Origin: Cyanophora paradoxa CCMP329
Lineage: Eukaryota > Plantae > Glaucophyta
Length of the DNA: 64,000 nucleotides
Assembly: GCA_004431415.1 (NCBI GenBank)
Contig: QPMI01000216.1
Location: 1-64,000 of the forward strand
Direction: 5' to 3'
Under the pieces are notes generated by a model, which was given only the letters and a program-made list of their open reading frames with translations, ran no database searches and had not been told where the DNA came from. Below, in pieces: positions 1 through 12,210 of the stretch; the first letter of the stretch is position 1; each line of letters starts with the position of its first letter. Position numbers and translations under genes: made by a program.

Positions 1-3000
1 GAGGCCGCCGCCGCCGCCGGCCTCGGCGTGGTCCGACTCTCTGCCCCGGCCCCGCCCCCGCCACCTTCGTCCCCTCGCCCCCGCTCGGACCGACTGTACC
101 CCCAGGTGAAGCGGGCCGGCCTGGAGAACGCGCCTCTCCCGTCATGTTCGTGAACGGGCGACCTTCTCCGGCCGCGAGGCGCGTCCCCCCAAACGCCGTA
201 CCCCCCTCGTGGCCCTAACCGCTGGTCGCGAAGGTCGAGGGGCGCCTGTTCGAGGCTCTGCAGGAGGAAATGGTCATGCTCCAGACCCTCGTCCACACAG
301 GGGTACCCTTTCTCCCGCCCGTCCCCGATTTTTCCGTCTCATCTTTCTCATTTCTCTCCCTCCCCCAGGCCATCCCGGACAAGACTGAGGACATTCTCGA
401 CGCGATCTTCTCGTGCGCCGTACCCCAGCACACTTCTTTTGCGTACCCCCTCATTCTCCTCGCCCCCTTGTTTTTGCCAGGGGCGCCAACGGGAAACTGT
501 CGCCGGCGCTCCGCCGTTACCGCTCTTCCCTCTTCCCCGACGAGCCGTCCGCGGTACCCCCCCTACCCGTTCGACCACCCGTACCCCCCTCAGACCTCGC
601 CCCCGCCAGCGGCACACGATGGAGCCCCCGCCGGGGGAGGAGGGCGCCGAGGCCGCGCCGCAGTTCAAGTGCGCCGCACCCCCTCCGCCCCCCGTCCTTG
701 TGCGGTGCGAGCGCGAGCGCAGGTACGTGCCGCTGGCGCCGTGGATCCGGCCGGCGGCGCCCTCGTCGGACCTGGACCTCGACCTCGACCTCGGGGAGGA
801 GGAGGACGAGGCCGCCAAGCCGGCCAAGGGCGCTGAGGAGAAGGAGGGGGGCGTCGCCTCGCGCCTCGCCTACATCCACGCCCCCGGCAGTGCGCCCCGT
901 CCCCCTGCCCGCCGCTCGTCCGCGCGGCCCCTCTGAGCCCGCGCGCAGCGGAGGACGACCTGAAGGCGGTGACGCACTGGCTCGCGGCCGACCTCTCGCG
1001 CCGCGAGGACCGCGCCCACCTCGCCGCCGCCCTCCAGCACCTCGTCCGCCCCTGGGCCCCCGCCCCCTCGCCCCGGCTCACCGCGCCCCCCGCAGGGCTC
1101 GCCCGCCAAGCCCGAGTCGCGGCTCGCGCTGCTGCAGTTCGCGCCGGCCGCCGCCGCCAGCCCCGCCGACCGCGTGCTGGCCCGCGCCGCCCTGCTCGCC
1201 ACCAGCGCCCTCGCTGGGCCCTCCCGCCCCTCCTGGAGCACCGCAAAGGTCCACCCCCCTTCCCTCCCCTCCTCTCGGGTTGAACTCAGTACTCCCGTCT
1301 CCTCTTCCCAAGGTCGGGCCCTTCCTCCGCGCCCTCCTGGCGCTCCGCGAGGCGGCCGCCGAGGACGCCGGCGAGGCGAGCGCCCCGTACCCCCCATCTT
1401 TCCGCTACCCCTCAATACGCCCGCCGCAGCTCGAGCACGCGGGGGCCGTCCTCCGCCTCGCCAAGCGGCTCCGCGGTGCGCCCGTACCCCCCTGCTCTTT
1501 TCCCCCCCCCCCCCCCCCCCCCTAACAGGCGGCAGTGCCCTCGGACGTGGCGGGGCTGCTCGGGGCGCACCTCACCGGCGCGGGGGCCGCCGCTGCCGAC
1601 GCCGCCCTCCGCTCCCAGGCCCGCCCGCTCCCTCGCTTCCCCCTTCTGTTTCCCTCCCCTGACGCCCGCCCCAGTCCGAGTTCGCGGTGAAGGACCTCGG
1701 CCTGAGCCCCGCCGCCCCCGCCCTCCTCACCAACGGCCGCCTCGTACCCCCTCCCATCCCTTCCCCTCCCCGCCACCCTCCCCTCTTTTCCGAGCGGCCG
1801 GCAGGTCTCGATCGAGGGTACCCCCATGGAGGCCGGAGACTTCGCCGCCCTCGAGGCCCACGAGGCGCAGGTACCCCCCACCCCGCCTTTCAGAGTACCC
1901 CTCCCCCGCGGGGGCCGACGCGGGGGTGCGGCAGCGGGCGGCGCGGGTGCGCGGTCTGCTCGACTCGCTCGAGTTCGAGGGGCTCTCCGCCGACGAGCTC
2001 AACAGGCCCGCCCCGTACCCCCCTCCCCCTCCTCCCCCCGCCTCGCGCATGCTAACGGGCGGGGCGCAGCGAGTGGCTGTCGGACGTGGCGATGGCGACG
2101 GTCTCCGTGCTGGGCGCCGAGCTCGCCGCCGGCCGCGCCGCCGCCCGCACCCAGCTCCCCGAGCTCCCCCACAAGCTCACGTGCCCGCCCCCGCCCGGAC
2201 CCCGACCCCGTACCCCCGCGTTGTTCCCGCCCGCCTCACCTCACGGCGGGCAGGGCGTACACGAGCGGGGGCGGGAGCGGGGTGCGGGTGTACGCGGTGG
2301 TGGACCCGCTCTCGGCGGCGGCGCAGCGGCTCGCCCCGCTGCTCCTCGCCGCCCGCGACTCCCTCAACGCCTCCGTCACTCTCGTCCTCAACCCCCAGCC
2401 CCAGGCCCGCCCCTTTTCCTCTTTCTCTCTTCTCCCTTCTCCTGAGGCGGGGCGGGCGGGCGGGCAGCTCTCGGCGGTGCCGGTGAACAACTTCTTCCGC
2501 TACGTGCTCGCCCCCGAGCTCGCCTTCGACGCCGCCGGGAAGTGCGCCCGCCCCCGGCCCCGCACCGCGCCCTCCCCCGCGCATCTTATGAACCCGGCGC
2601 GCAGCGTGGCGTCGCCGGGGGCCTCCTTCACGCAGCTGCCGGAGGAGGCGATCCTGACCATCGGCCTCCACACCCCCGAGTCCTGGCTCACGCAGTCCAC
2701 CGCCGCCCTCTACGACGTCCGCCCCTCCCCCGCCCGCCCGCCCCTCTCCCGCTCGCTCGCTCGCGGGCTGAGGGGCCGCGCAGGCGGACAACGTGCGGCT
2801 GAGCGAGGTGCCGGCCTCGGAGCGGCTCCTCTCCTTCGAGTACGAGCTCGAGAACATCGTCGTCACCGGCGCGTCCGCCGCGGGCTACGCTGCGATCCGC
2901 TCGCGTCCGGCTGAGGGGCGTGCGGGGGCGCAGGGCACTGCTACGACGCGCGGCTGCGGCAGCCGCCGCGCGGCCTCAAGCTCGTGCTCGGCACCCGCCT

Positions 3001-5689
3001 CCACCCGCACGCCACGGCCCGCCCCGCCCCGCCGCTCTCCGCAGCCCCGCAGAGCTCGTCTCTAACCCCCCCTTCAGGACACGCTTGTGATGAGCAACCT
3101 GGGGTACTTCCAGCTCAAGGCCAACCCGGGGCACGTCCGCCCGCCTTTCCCCCTCTTTCCCCCTCTTAGCCCCCCCGCAGCTTCTTCCGGCTGGCGCTGG
3201 CGCCGGGGCGCGCCTCGCGCCTCTACGGCATCGCCTCCGTCGAGAACACGTACCCCGCCCCGGTCCCGCCCCGCCCCGCCCCGCCCCGCCTCGGAGGCCT
3301 CCCGATGCGCCGCGATCTGACCGAGAGCCTCCTGGGGACGGGGCGCGGCAGGACGGGGGCCGGTACCGGCAGGTGGCGGTGAACGACTTCAAGGGGGTCG
3401 TGGTGCCCCTCTGGGTGCAGAAGCGCCCCGGCATGGAGGCCGAGGCCCTCCTCGACGAGAAGGCCCTCGGGTGCCTCGAGAGAGCCGCCCACCTCGAAAG
3501 CGAGCTGAAGGGTGCGGGGGGCAGGGAGCGGGAGGCGGAGGCGCCGGGGCCCGTGTGCGCGCACCTCGAGGACTGCGGCCCCGCCGAGCTCGCCGCCTTC
3601 GCCGCCGAGCACCCCGCGCCCGACGCCGCGCCCGCCCCCGGTGCGCCCCCAGAGCGCCCAGCGGCCGCCACTCCCCCCTCTTTCGCCCCGCCGCCCGCTG
3701 AGGCCGGGGGCAGGCAAGGCCAAGGCCTCCTCCTTCTGGGGCCGCCTCTCCTCCTACCTCTCCAAGCCCTCCGCCGCCTCCGGGTGAGGCCCACGCCGGC
3801 CCCGCCCCCGCCCGCCCCCGCCCCCGCCCACGGCCGCCCCGCGCCGCCAGGGCGGACGAGGAGGAGCCGGTGAACATCTTCTCGGTCGCCTCGGGGCACC
3901 TCTACGAGCGCTTCCTCCGCGTCCGCCCCCGCCCCGCCCTCGCCCCGCCCTCGCCCCGCCCCGCTTGAGGCCGTCGCCCGCCCTCGCGCCAGATCATGAC
4001 GGTGGCGGTGATGCGGCGCACGCGGCGGCCCGTCAAGTTCTGGCGCGCCCCTCCCCGCCCCTCCCCGCCCCCTCACCGGCCCCCCGCTGACCCTCGCCCC
4101 GCCAGGTTCATCAAGAACTACCTCTCCCCCAAGTTCAAGGCCTTCATGCCCACCCTCGCCGCCCGGTCCGCCCGGGCCCCGCCCCCGCGCCCTGCGCCCC
4201 CCGCCCCGCCTCACTTGCGGGCAGGTACAACTTCACGTACGACTTCGTGACGTACAAGTGGCCCTCGTGGCTCCACAAGCAGACCGAGAAGCAGCGCATC
4301 ATCTGGGCGTGCGCGCCCCCGCCCCGCCCGCAGCCCCGCCCCTGGGCCGCCCCCGAGCGCAAGCCCGCGCCGCGCAGGTACAAGATCCTGTTCCTGGACG
4401 TGCTCTTCCCCATCAGCACCCGCAAGGTCATCTTCGTCGACGCCGACCAGGTCCCCGCCCCCCTGCCAGCCCGCCGGGGCGAGGGGCCGAGGGCGGGGCG
4501 GGGCAGATCTCGCGGACGGACATGCGCGAGCTCCACGAGCTCGACCTCCAGGTGCCCCCGCCCCGCCCCGCCCCGCCCCCGCCTCGCCCGACCGACGCCG
4601 GCGGCAGGGGGCCCCCATCGCCATGACGCCCTTCTGCGAGAGCAACCACGAGACGGGTGCCCCCCGCCCCCGCCCCGCCCCCGCCCCGCCGCGCCCCGCC
4701 GAGCGCCCCCGCGCAGACGGCTACCGCTTCTGGACCAGCGGCTTCTGGAAGGAGCACCTGCGGACGAAGCCGTACCACATCTCGTGTGCCCCCGCCCGCG
4801 CCCCGCCCCCGCCCGGCGCCTCGCCGGCCCTCTGAGGCGGCGCGCGTGGCGGCAGGGCCCTCTTCGTCGTCGACCTCGTCCGCTTCCGCCAGGCGCCCTC
4901 CCCCCCCCCCCGGGTTTCCGGGCGGCGCCCCTCGGGGCGCGCCGGCGCTGACGGGGGCGGGCGGGCGGGGGGCGGGGGCAGATGGCGGCGGGGGACCAGT
5001 ACCGGGTGACGTACGACCAGCTCTCGCGGGACCCCAACTCCCTCTCCAACCTCGACCAGGCGCGCCGCGCCTCGCCTTCGCCTGGGACTTCGAGGCTCAT
5101 GCGAGTGCAATGTCTGAGGCGGGGGGCGCAGGACCTGCCGAACTACGCGCAGCACTCGATCCCCATCTTCTCCCTCCCCGTCCAGGTGCCCCGGCCCCCC
5201 TGCCCGGGCGGCTCCGCCTCCGCGGCGGGGGCCAAGCGGGGCGCCCCGGGGCAGTGGCTCTGGTGCGAGAGCTGGTGCGGCGACGTGGACAAGCCGGCCG
5301 CCAAGACCATCGACCTCGTGCGTGGCCTTGCCTCTAGATCTCCGGCTCCTCGCCCGCTCGCCCGCTCACGATTTCCTCCGCGCCCCGCTCCGCTCCGCAG
5401 TGCAACAACCCCATGACCAAGGGTGCCCGCCGCCGTACCCCGCCCACGCGCCAGGACGGCCCTCACCTGCCCTCCCGCAGAGCCCAAGCTCCAGCAGGCC
5501 CGCCGCATCATTCCCGAGTGGGAGGGGTACGACAACGGTGCGCGCCGTCTTCCCGTACCCTGCCGCGCCCTGGCCTTTCGAGTCGGCGCCGGACCGAGCC
5601 GTGCACGTGCCCGCGCAGAGATCCGAGAGATCCTGTCGGAGTGGGAGGCGAAGCAGGGTTCGCCCCAGGCCGCCGACGCCCAGGCGTGA
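1..5689 (+). CDS. UGGT: UDP-glucose:glycoprotein glucosyltransferase, 3' part, multi-exon (5' end outside window)
   Basis: Stitched exons give the GT24 domain: [85 protein letters not shown] (DxD), [74 protein letters not shown]. Upstream motifs include [16 protein letters not shown] and [17 protein letters not shown]. Confidence 0.97.
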
Positions 5690-6449
5690 CCGCGCGGCGG
5701 CTCGCAGCAGTACTACTACGTTAGCGTTAGATAACCGCGCGTCCGAATGCTCGAATTCGTGACTCAATACCGATTCACTGCGTGGCTCCCGCACGCGTAC
5801 TTCGAATTCATTGCAATTTGCGTGTACAGTGCTATACACTGCAAGTCTGCAACGTAAACCGCTAGCGCATGCCGCAGTGCATGCACATGGGCCTGTTTCG
5901 ATTAGAAGAGAACCTGCAATGCGAGGGCAGCGGTCGCGGAGACGCCGAACAGCCTCAGGAGGTCCTCCTGCTCGCGCGCGGCCGGTAAGAAATCGTGCAC
6001 GCGCAGATCTCGACGAATAACGGCCCGGATCCGGATTCGAATTAAGTGACAGAAGCGCACCGGGTTCAATGGGCCCGAGGAGCCGGTGGCCGAGCTCGGC
6101 CAGAAAGGGATCGAGACCGACGCCGAGCCGCCGTCGACGTCGGTCCAGCGGAATGCCTGCGCCGGGAGGCCGTCGACTTCGACTTCGAATCCGCCTTCAG
6201 ATTGCTGAAGCTTCGAATTCGAATTCAAACCTTTTTAATGACGATCGGGGCAGCAACGCCAGGCTGCTCGACGCGAATATTGTACTGCACGTGCACAAAC
6301 GAATTCGAAATCATCGGGAATCAATACACACTGGGGTCAAAATCACTGCGCATGCTGTTGCTAGAGTCACGCACATCCTCCCCCACGACTTGGAGAATGT
6401 TGCGGCGATTGACGGCTCCAGAGAATGACGGTGGGACTGGACATGTACA

Positions 6450-8250
6450 GGGCGATCAGCGTCTTCTCGTGGAAACGACGATGGATTTAATTTCCTGAGA
6501 TAGCAGTACTAGTAGTGCGTGGACACGTAATGGCGCACTGAACTGCAGCACGGTCTGCCCGGTTAACGCCCCGCTCGTCGCGTTGAAGACGCTGACGCCG
6601 GACGCCTTCTTCTTGAAAGACTTGTTGTTATCGGCAATGTAGACTTCCACCGCTTGGTTCGGCTGAGCGAATAGAACAAGCCTTAAGAGCGGTCTCTGGA
6701 TCTCTCGTTCAGTTCTTCGTACCGTAAGCACTCTTGTGACAGGCACCAAATAAGGGGTTGTGGCTCCGGAACCGCTCTGCGGAATCGAATGTCGCATCAG
6801 CATTTATTCTCAGGCGATTCCTGCTTTTACGACCACGCCGATCTTGCGACTGCTCATTAGCCTAAGTAGAAGTAGATGCATGCATGCGCAGTTTATTAAA
6901 TCTAGACCATGCATATGCATATGATTCAAACTCCGAATTAATATTCTGTTCGAGTTACTGTACCCGCGGGGCGGAGACGAAAGCTGAAAGCAGCGTCACA
7001 GAGTAGACCACGGTATTGTCCAGCTCCTGATGGTGAAGGAACATCATATCTGATCAGCTGCACTGCGGCGAAACTATTCGCTACCATGTATTCAAATGCA
7101 CGCACGATCTCAGCTATAAAATCGGACGCCCTGAACTGGACATCGATCCGAGGTCGACGTTACGTATACGCGAGCCGTTTCAGCAATGCAATTGCAGCTG
7201 TATGCGTATACGTATACTATAATCAGCGCTAGAGCGCCGACGAACCTGCCATCTGCCGACGGTGACCTCTGCATCCGCTGAGGTGTTGGTTTTGATGAAT
7301 GCCTGAGTGCGAGCGCCGCAATGCAATTTAGTTTGCGCTAAGTATATACAATATTAATTTCGGCATTCATGATCAGAATTTAGAGAAAGCATATGCGCAT
7401 GCGCTAACCGGCGGTGGGAGTTGAACGGGCGCGGAGCTCGAGGTAGTTGGGGACGGCGTCGGAGTCGATGTCGCAATTGCAATCGCCTCCGGTCCAGGCG
7501 CCGGCTCCGGGTCCGGATTCGAGCTCAAGGCTGGGCTGGGCGAAGGGGTCGCGCTGACAGCGAAATCGTTTACGTATCCGTCAAAGATGGCAAATAAACG
7601 TGGAGAACGCTCTCGACCGGAACCGTACGCGTTGAACCCACCTTGGGCCTGGTTCTACGAATTGCGCCAATGCAGACGGAGAGGGGGTAGCCGTGACCAT
7701 TACTTCTGCTAGGCTACTGGGAGATGGTGAAGGACTGAGAGACGCTGATGGCGACCTGATGCATAATTACACACTTAAAATCATGTAAATAATTCAATGA
7801 ATGCTATCGCGCACGAGCTGGGGGAGGGGGTGGGCGTTATTGAAGGGTCGCCGCATATGCCGGTTACGTTGAGGAGAGGCGCGTTGCAGGAACAGTTGGG
7901 TCTCAGCTCGCCCGCGCCATAGCTCGTCACGATTGTCTCGTCACGGACGCAGCTCCGGTCGACGCAGTAAGCCCACCCTTCGTACTCGACGGAGTACCAG
8001 TTCTCGGGGCAAAAGTGGCATTCCCAAGTCGATTGGTCCGAAGTGGCGTTCGGAGCGCCCATTCTTCCCCGTAAATTGCAGGCCCAGACCGTCGGAGGCT
8101 TGTGCACGACTGCCTCTGCAGAGATGCGAAGCGGACGCTTGCGGCGCAGCGCGCTCGCGACGGATCGAAGTTGAGCCCCGCCTGACCACGTGTCACAGTG
8201 TTCATCGCCATTCTAAATAGATCTAGATATATACATATTATCATGAACAA
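6450..8250 (-). CDS. Putative Cys-rich extracellular protein with Ser/Pro/Thr linker (multi-exon, possibly degenerate; boundaries approximate)
   Basis: Minus-strand segments WECHFCPENWYSVEYEGWAYCVDRSCVRDE..PNCSCNAPLLNVTGICGDPSITPTPSPS, then SPSASLSPSPSPSS and ATPSPSPALSS..TPTPSPTTSS, then a globular-looking ORF at 6456-6803. Confidence 0.4.
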
Positions 8251-9270
8251 AACGCACCAGACACAGAATTCGAATTCGACGATGACGTAGTCGACGTCGG
8301 AACTGACAGTGTGCCGTGCGCGTCATGATGAATGAGCGTAGTTTTCGCATGCACGCGCACTTGTATCACCTGTAATTATAAATTAAAGGTGCATCATGGC
8401 TCAAGATCTCCGCGGCCGGTAGCTGAATTATTTATATACATAACTTCCTATACGCATGCGCAAACATCGCGTTTGAATTTTCATTATAATTATATTTGCA
8501 GGAATGCGCTCGCGAAGCTCACCGCTTCATCACCATGCGCATCGGCGTCGACGTCGGCAACTGGACCCGACTTCGAAACACGGATATCGCGACTGGCCAT
8601 GCACAGGGCCTCAGCCTCGAAGAAGGCGTACCAGCGAATTCGCGTTGGCCATGGCCCGTCGGACGCTGTCGCCACAGACGCGTACGATCCCTGCAGCTGT
8701 ACATATGCATGTGCGCGTAGATCTACATCTCTAGATCTGTCAACAGTTTTGCCCGAGACCGCGGCGCCGCCCGGGGCCGTGGACATGCATATCGGCAAGC
8801 TTGCAATCACAGCTGCAATGGCAAGTACGGATACGAAGGCCTTGTTCGCAGCGGATGCGGCGCCGAAGGTTGACGGTGATTGAGCGTTACCGTTTGCACG
8901 ATATCGATGGCCCATATGCAGATGCATTTCAGGGCCCGACTGCCCGGCGGCCGGCTGCAGCCTGCAGCCACGCTGATGAGCCTGCAGGCTAGCTGCAGCC
9001 TGCAGCTGGAATACGTATACGAATACGTGTACGTAAACGCAGTACGTACTAGTGAGCGCACGTACTACGGTATATACGTATACGATGAGCTGATGCAGGG
9101 CCTTAAAGCTTGCGGCCAAGTTGCAGGCTATCGTGCTATCGATATATCTGCCAGCCGCTGATCATGAGTTGATGTCAGCCTGATGAGCGCATCGGCCCGG
9201 CGGATATCGATGCATATGGCGATTCGATGCGTCGACGTCGACGTCCGACGGTCGCGGGCCGTCGCGGCAG

Positions 9271-9326
9271 TCTGCCGCAGTGCCGGGCAGTGCCGGCACC
9301 GTGGCACTGCCCGGCACTGCGGCAGA
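9271..9326. repeat. Perfect 24-bp inverted repeat (hairpin, 8-nt loop)
   Basis: tctgccgcagtgccgggcagtgcc (9271-9294) is the exact reverse complement of ggcactgcccggcactgcggcaga (9303-9326). Confidence 0.9.
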
Positions 9327-9599
9327 TTGACCACGCCGACGTACGCGTCGACTCTACGGCGTCTACGTATACGCCGCGGCCGAGTACTACGAGTACTAGC
9401 CTAGTAGTAGCCTACGGAACTTGTAACGGAAGTACCGTAGTACCGGTATACTCGGCATTTGCTCGCGCCTCCTACTAGGATAAGAGCTTTTTTTACATTC
9501 GCGAGCCCGACGGATCCGGTACCGGTCAATCATGGATATCCGGACCGTATCGGACGTCCAATTCGAATTCCGATCGAATTCGATCCGGCTAGCGTGCGG

Positions 9600-10260
9600 C
9601 AACAAATTACCGCGCCGAAATCTTGACGTACCGCGGTAATTTGGTGCCGCGGTAAAATCGCCGGTAATTAATAACCTGCTCAGGTACGTCGACGTCCTGC
9701 TCCATACAGTATCCCCCGCAATTATCGCCCCATACAAGCCTCAAAACTCTAGAACGCGGTAATTTGGTACCGAAGTATTTTGGCCACCTTCGGGCCAGGG
9801 TCTATAAAACTATAACGCGGTAATTTATGCCGCGGAAATTTAGTAGGCTAGTACTCTTAGGACTCGCAGAGTCGCAGACTCTGAGACTCGCAGGCTCGCA
9901 GCTGCAGGCTATAGCTACCGGTAGACTGAGACTCGGGTAGACTCTGAGAGTCGCAGGCCCTAGGGCCTAGACTCCTGGCCCGAGTCCTGGGCCTAGCCTA
10001 GTAGAGGCTCGCACGCGCAGCGGCGCAGGCCGGGCTAGCCTAGTAGATCTAGAGTCGCAGGCTCGCAGGCTAAGAGTCGCAGGCTCGCAGCCTCGTGGCA
10101 GTGGGCACTAGCCTCTAGGCTCGTGAGTCGTGAGTCGTGAGTCGTCGTAACTTACTCAGTAGTAAGTCTCCGAGGCTCGTGAGTCGTGACTCGAGTCGTG
10201 CAGCAGACTCGTGCTCGTGAGTCGTGCACGTAGCCATATAGACGTAGAGTCGTCGTAGAC
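9600..10260. repeat. Cluster of CGCGGTAATTT motifs followed by a degenerate GAGTCG/GACTCG/GGCTCG minisatellite; possible DNA-transposon end remnant
   Basis: CGCGGTAATTT occurs at ~9633, ~9755 and ~9816 with a reverse copy (aaattaccgcg) at ~9604. Repeated gagtcgcag/gactcgcag/gagtcgtg units run from 9860 to 10260. Confidence 0.55.
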
Positions 10261-12210
10261 GCGCGCAGCGCGCAGTTCGCGCAATTCGCAGCGCCCTGGC
10301 ACAGCAGTGGTGGGTACTGGTCACAGTGGTGGCCCAGGACACGTATCTAAGTATACAGACACTGCGCGAACGTCAACGTTTTAGCGGCGCGCGCGTGCAC
10401 GTACACACGTTTATATAATTACTGCCGCATGCGCAGTGCTATATAGCTATAGCTATAGCTAGCGATATATACGTATGCGTATACGCAGCTGCAGATCTAG
10501 AGCTCAGCGCGCGGCTTGCAATTGTGCAATATCATGCAAGCTTGGTCTCGCTCCTTCAGTTTATACGTTCTAGCTGGTCGAAAACGTATGCGAACTGGTC
10601 GAAAACGCATGCGAACTTCCGCATACGGATGCATGTACATGTGCAGCTGCTTTAGCTTGCTGACATGCATCATACTTCTTTCGAATACGCACACGGCGAT
10701 CGCGTACGCGTCGACGTCGATGTCTTCTGAATCCATGGTCATGGCCAACGTTAACGCGAACCTCAACGGTGCGCATGCGCATGCGCACCGTGTTTAGGTT
10801 GCATGTTAGGCGGGCATATCACCGATCACCGTGGCGCCTCGAATTGAACATCAACCAGCTGCAGGATCAATATTAGACCGAGATCGAGATCTAGAGAATC
10901 ACCCGGTTTACTACGCATACGAGGGGTACACAGGAAGTGCCGCGAAGCGCGATATCAATGGCGTGTTTGATAACCCGGAGGTACATGCAATTTAATTTGG
11001 TTGAGAAAATCACCCATACGCGATCTATAGCTAGATCTCCACTCATTTGCCGTGGCTGCAGTTACTTCCGGATCTCCTCTCGCTTTCAGAGGTCGACTAC
11101 CTAAACACGTCAACGTTCTTCAAGCCAGGGAAACACAGGACAGGTTTTAGCCCGCACGGTGCGCATAACGGCCTCCCAGCTCTAAATTGGATCCGGAGTG
11201 GATTAAATATTGTTTTTAAAGAGTGCACACATTCAGGCTCGGAGCTCGACGCCGGCCTCCGTGCGGTCCTGGAAAAAGTCGTATCCCGCCTCGGATCGAG
11301 CTACTCGATGAACGACATGAATAGCATCCAGTTTTCCCAGTGCTCGCAGCTCTTTATCTCGTATACATATAGATATTCAATAAGATCTATGTCGATATTG
11401 TCATTGCAGCTGCAGCTGGCATTAATACTGCACCTTTGAATTGCGAAGATACGCGCCAAATTATCTCGAACGCGAGGAGAATCCCGACATCCCAGCGACC
11501 GGCTACCACAATGACGCCTGCTGCCTTACGGTGCACAATTTGCAAGTAATAGTTTTAATCTGAAGGCTCTTGAACAACTCATGTCTTCGAATTCACTCCT
11601 CCAGAATTGTAGCGAGTGGTACCGAAGGTGCACAGCTTTAGCTGCAGACTCTAGAACTCCTCGACCTCTTCCACAGACGCTCGCCATGCGCATGGTAATC
11701 ATGACTCAGATACGGAGATGGACGGCAAAGGCGATCAGGGGTGCTCATCTGGCTGAATTCAGGTTCGGATTACAGCGGTGGGCACACCGAATTCCCGGTA
11801 CGTTGCACTGAGCTCGAGTATACGTATGCGCGAATTCGAAGATAGATCTTCTTGTTCTCATTTAACTTTACCTTTGTTCTGCATGCATATGTCAGCAGCT
11901 GACTCTACAGCTTTAGCTAGATCTGCGGTCGACCCTCTAGACCTCATTATCACCGGCGCAGAATTTGGGCTTGCGTGTCAAGGGCCCCGCAGGCTGGGCG
12001 CTCAAGTTCGACTTCCTTGCTCGCGGAACGCTCTTATGCCATGACTCTGCCGTCCACCGCTCCGCACCCATCTTGAGCGGAATCAAACGGTGAGTGCAAA
12101 GATTTCGGCATTGCAGCGCTAGCTGGGCGCGCGCTAGCGCTGGCCTGGACTTGGCCGACGACTAGAGCGGCAGCATCCTGACAGTCTTCTTCGCTGCGCC
12201 TCTCGCGTGG

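Noticed and set aside
1502-1522. Long C/G homopolymers (also ~15087, 19150, 22843, 37467, 45193) as functional G-quadruplex elements
   Set aside because: This cannot be supported from sequence alone, and the tract lengths are unreliable in assemblies.
8332-9478. ORFs in the palindrome-rich region as real genes or a synthetic polylinker
   Set aside because: The translations are dominated by palindrome-derived dipeptides (MHMH, VDVD, YVYV). The texture recurs in many intergenic tracts and is not a defined vector cloning site.
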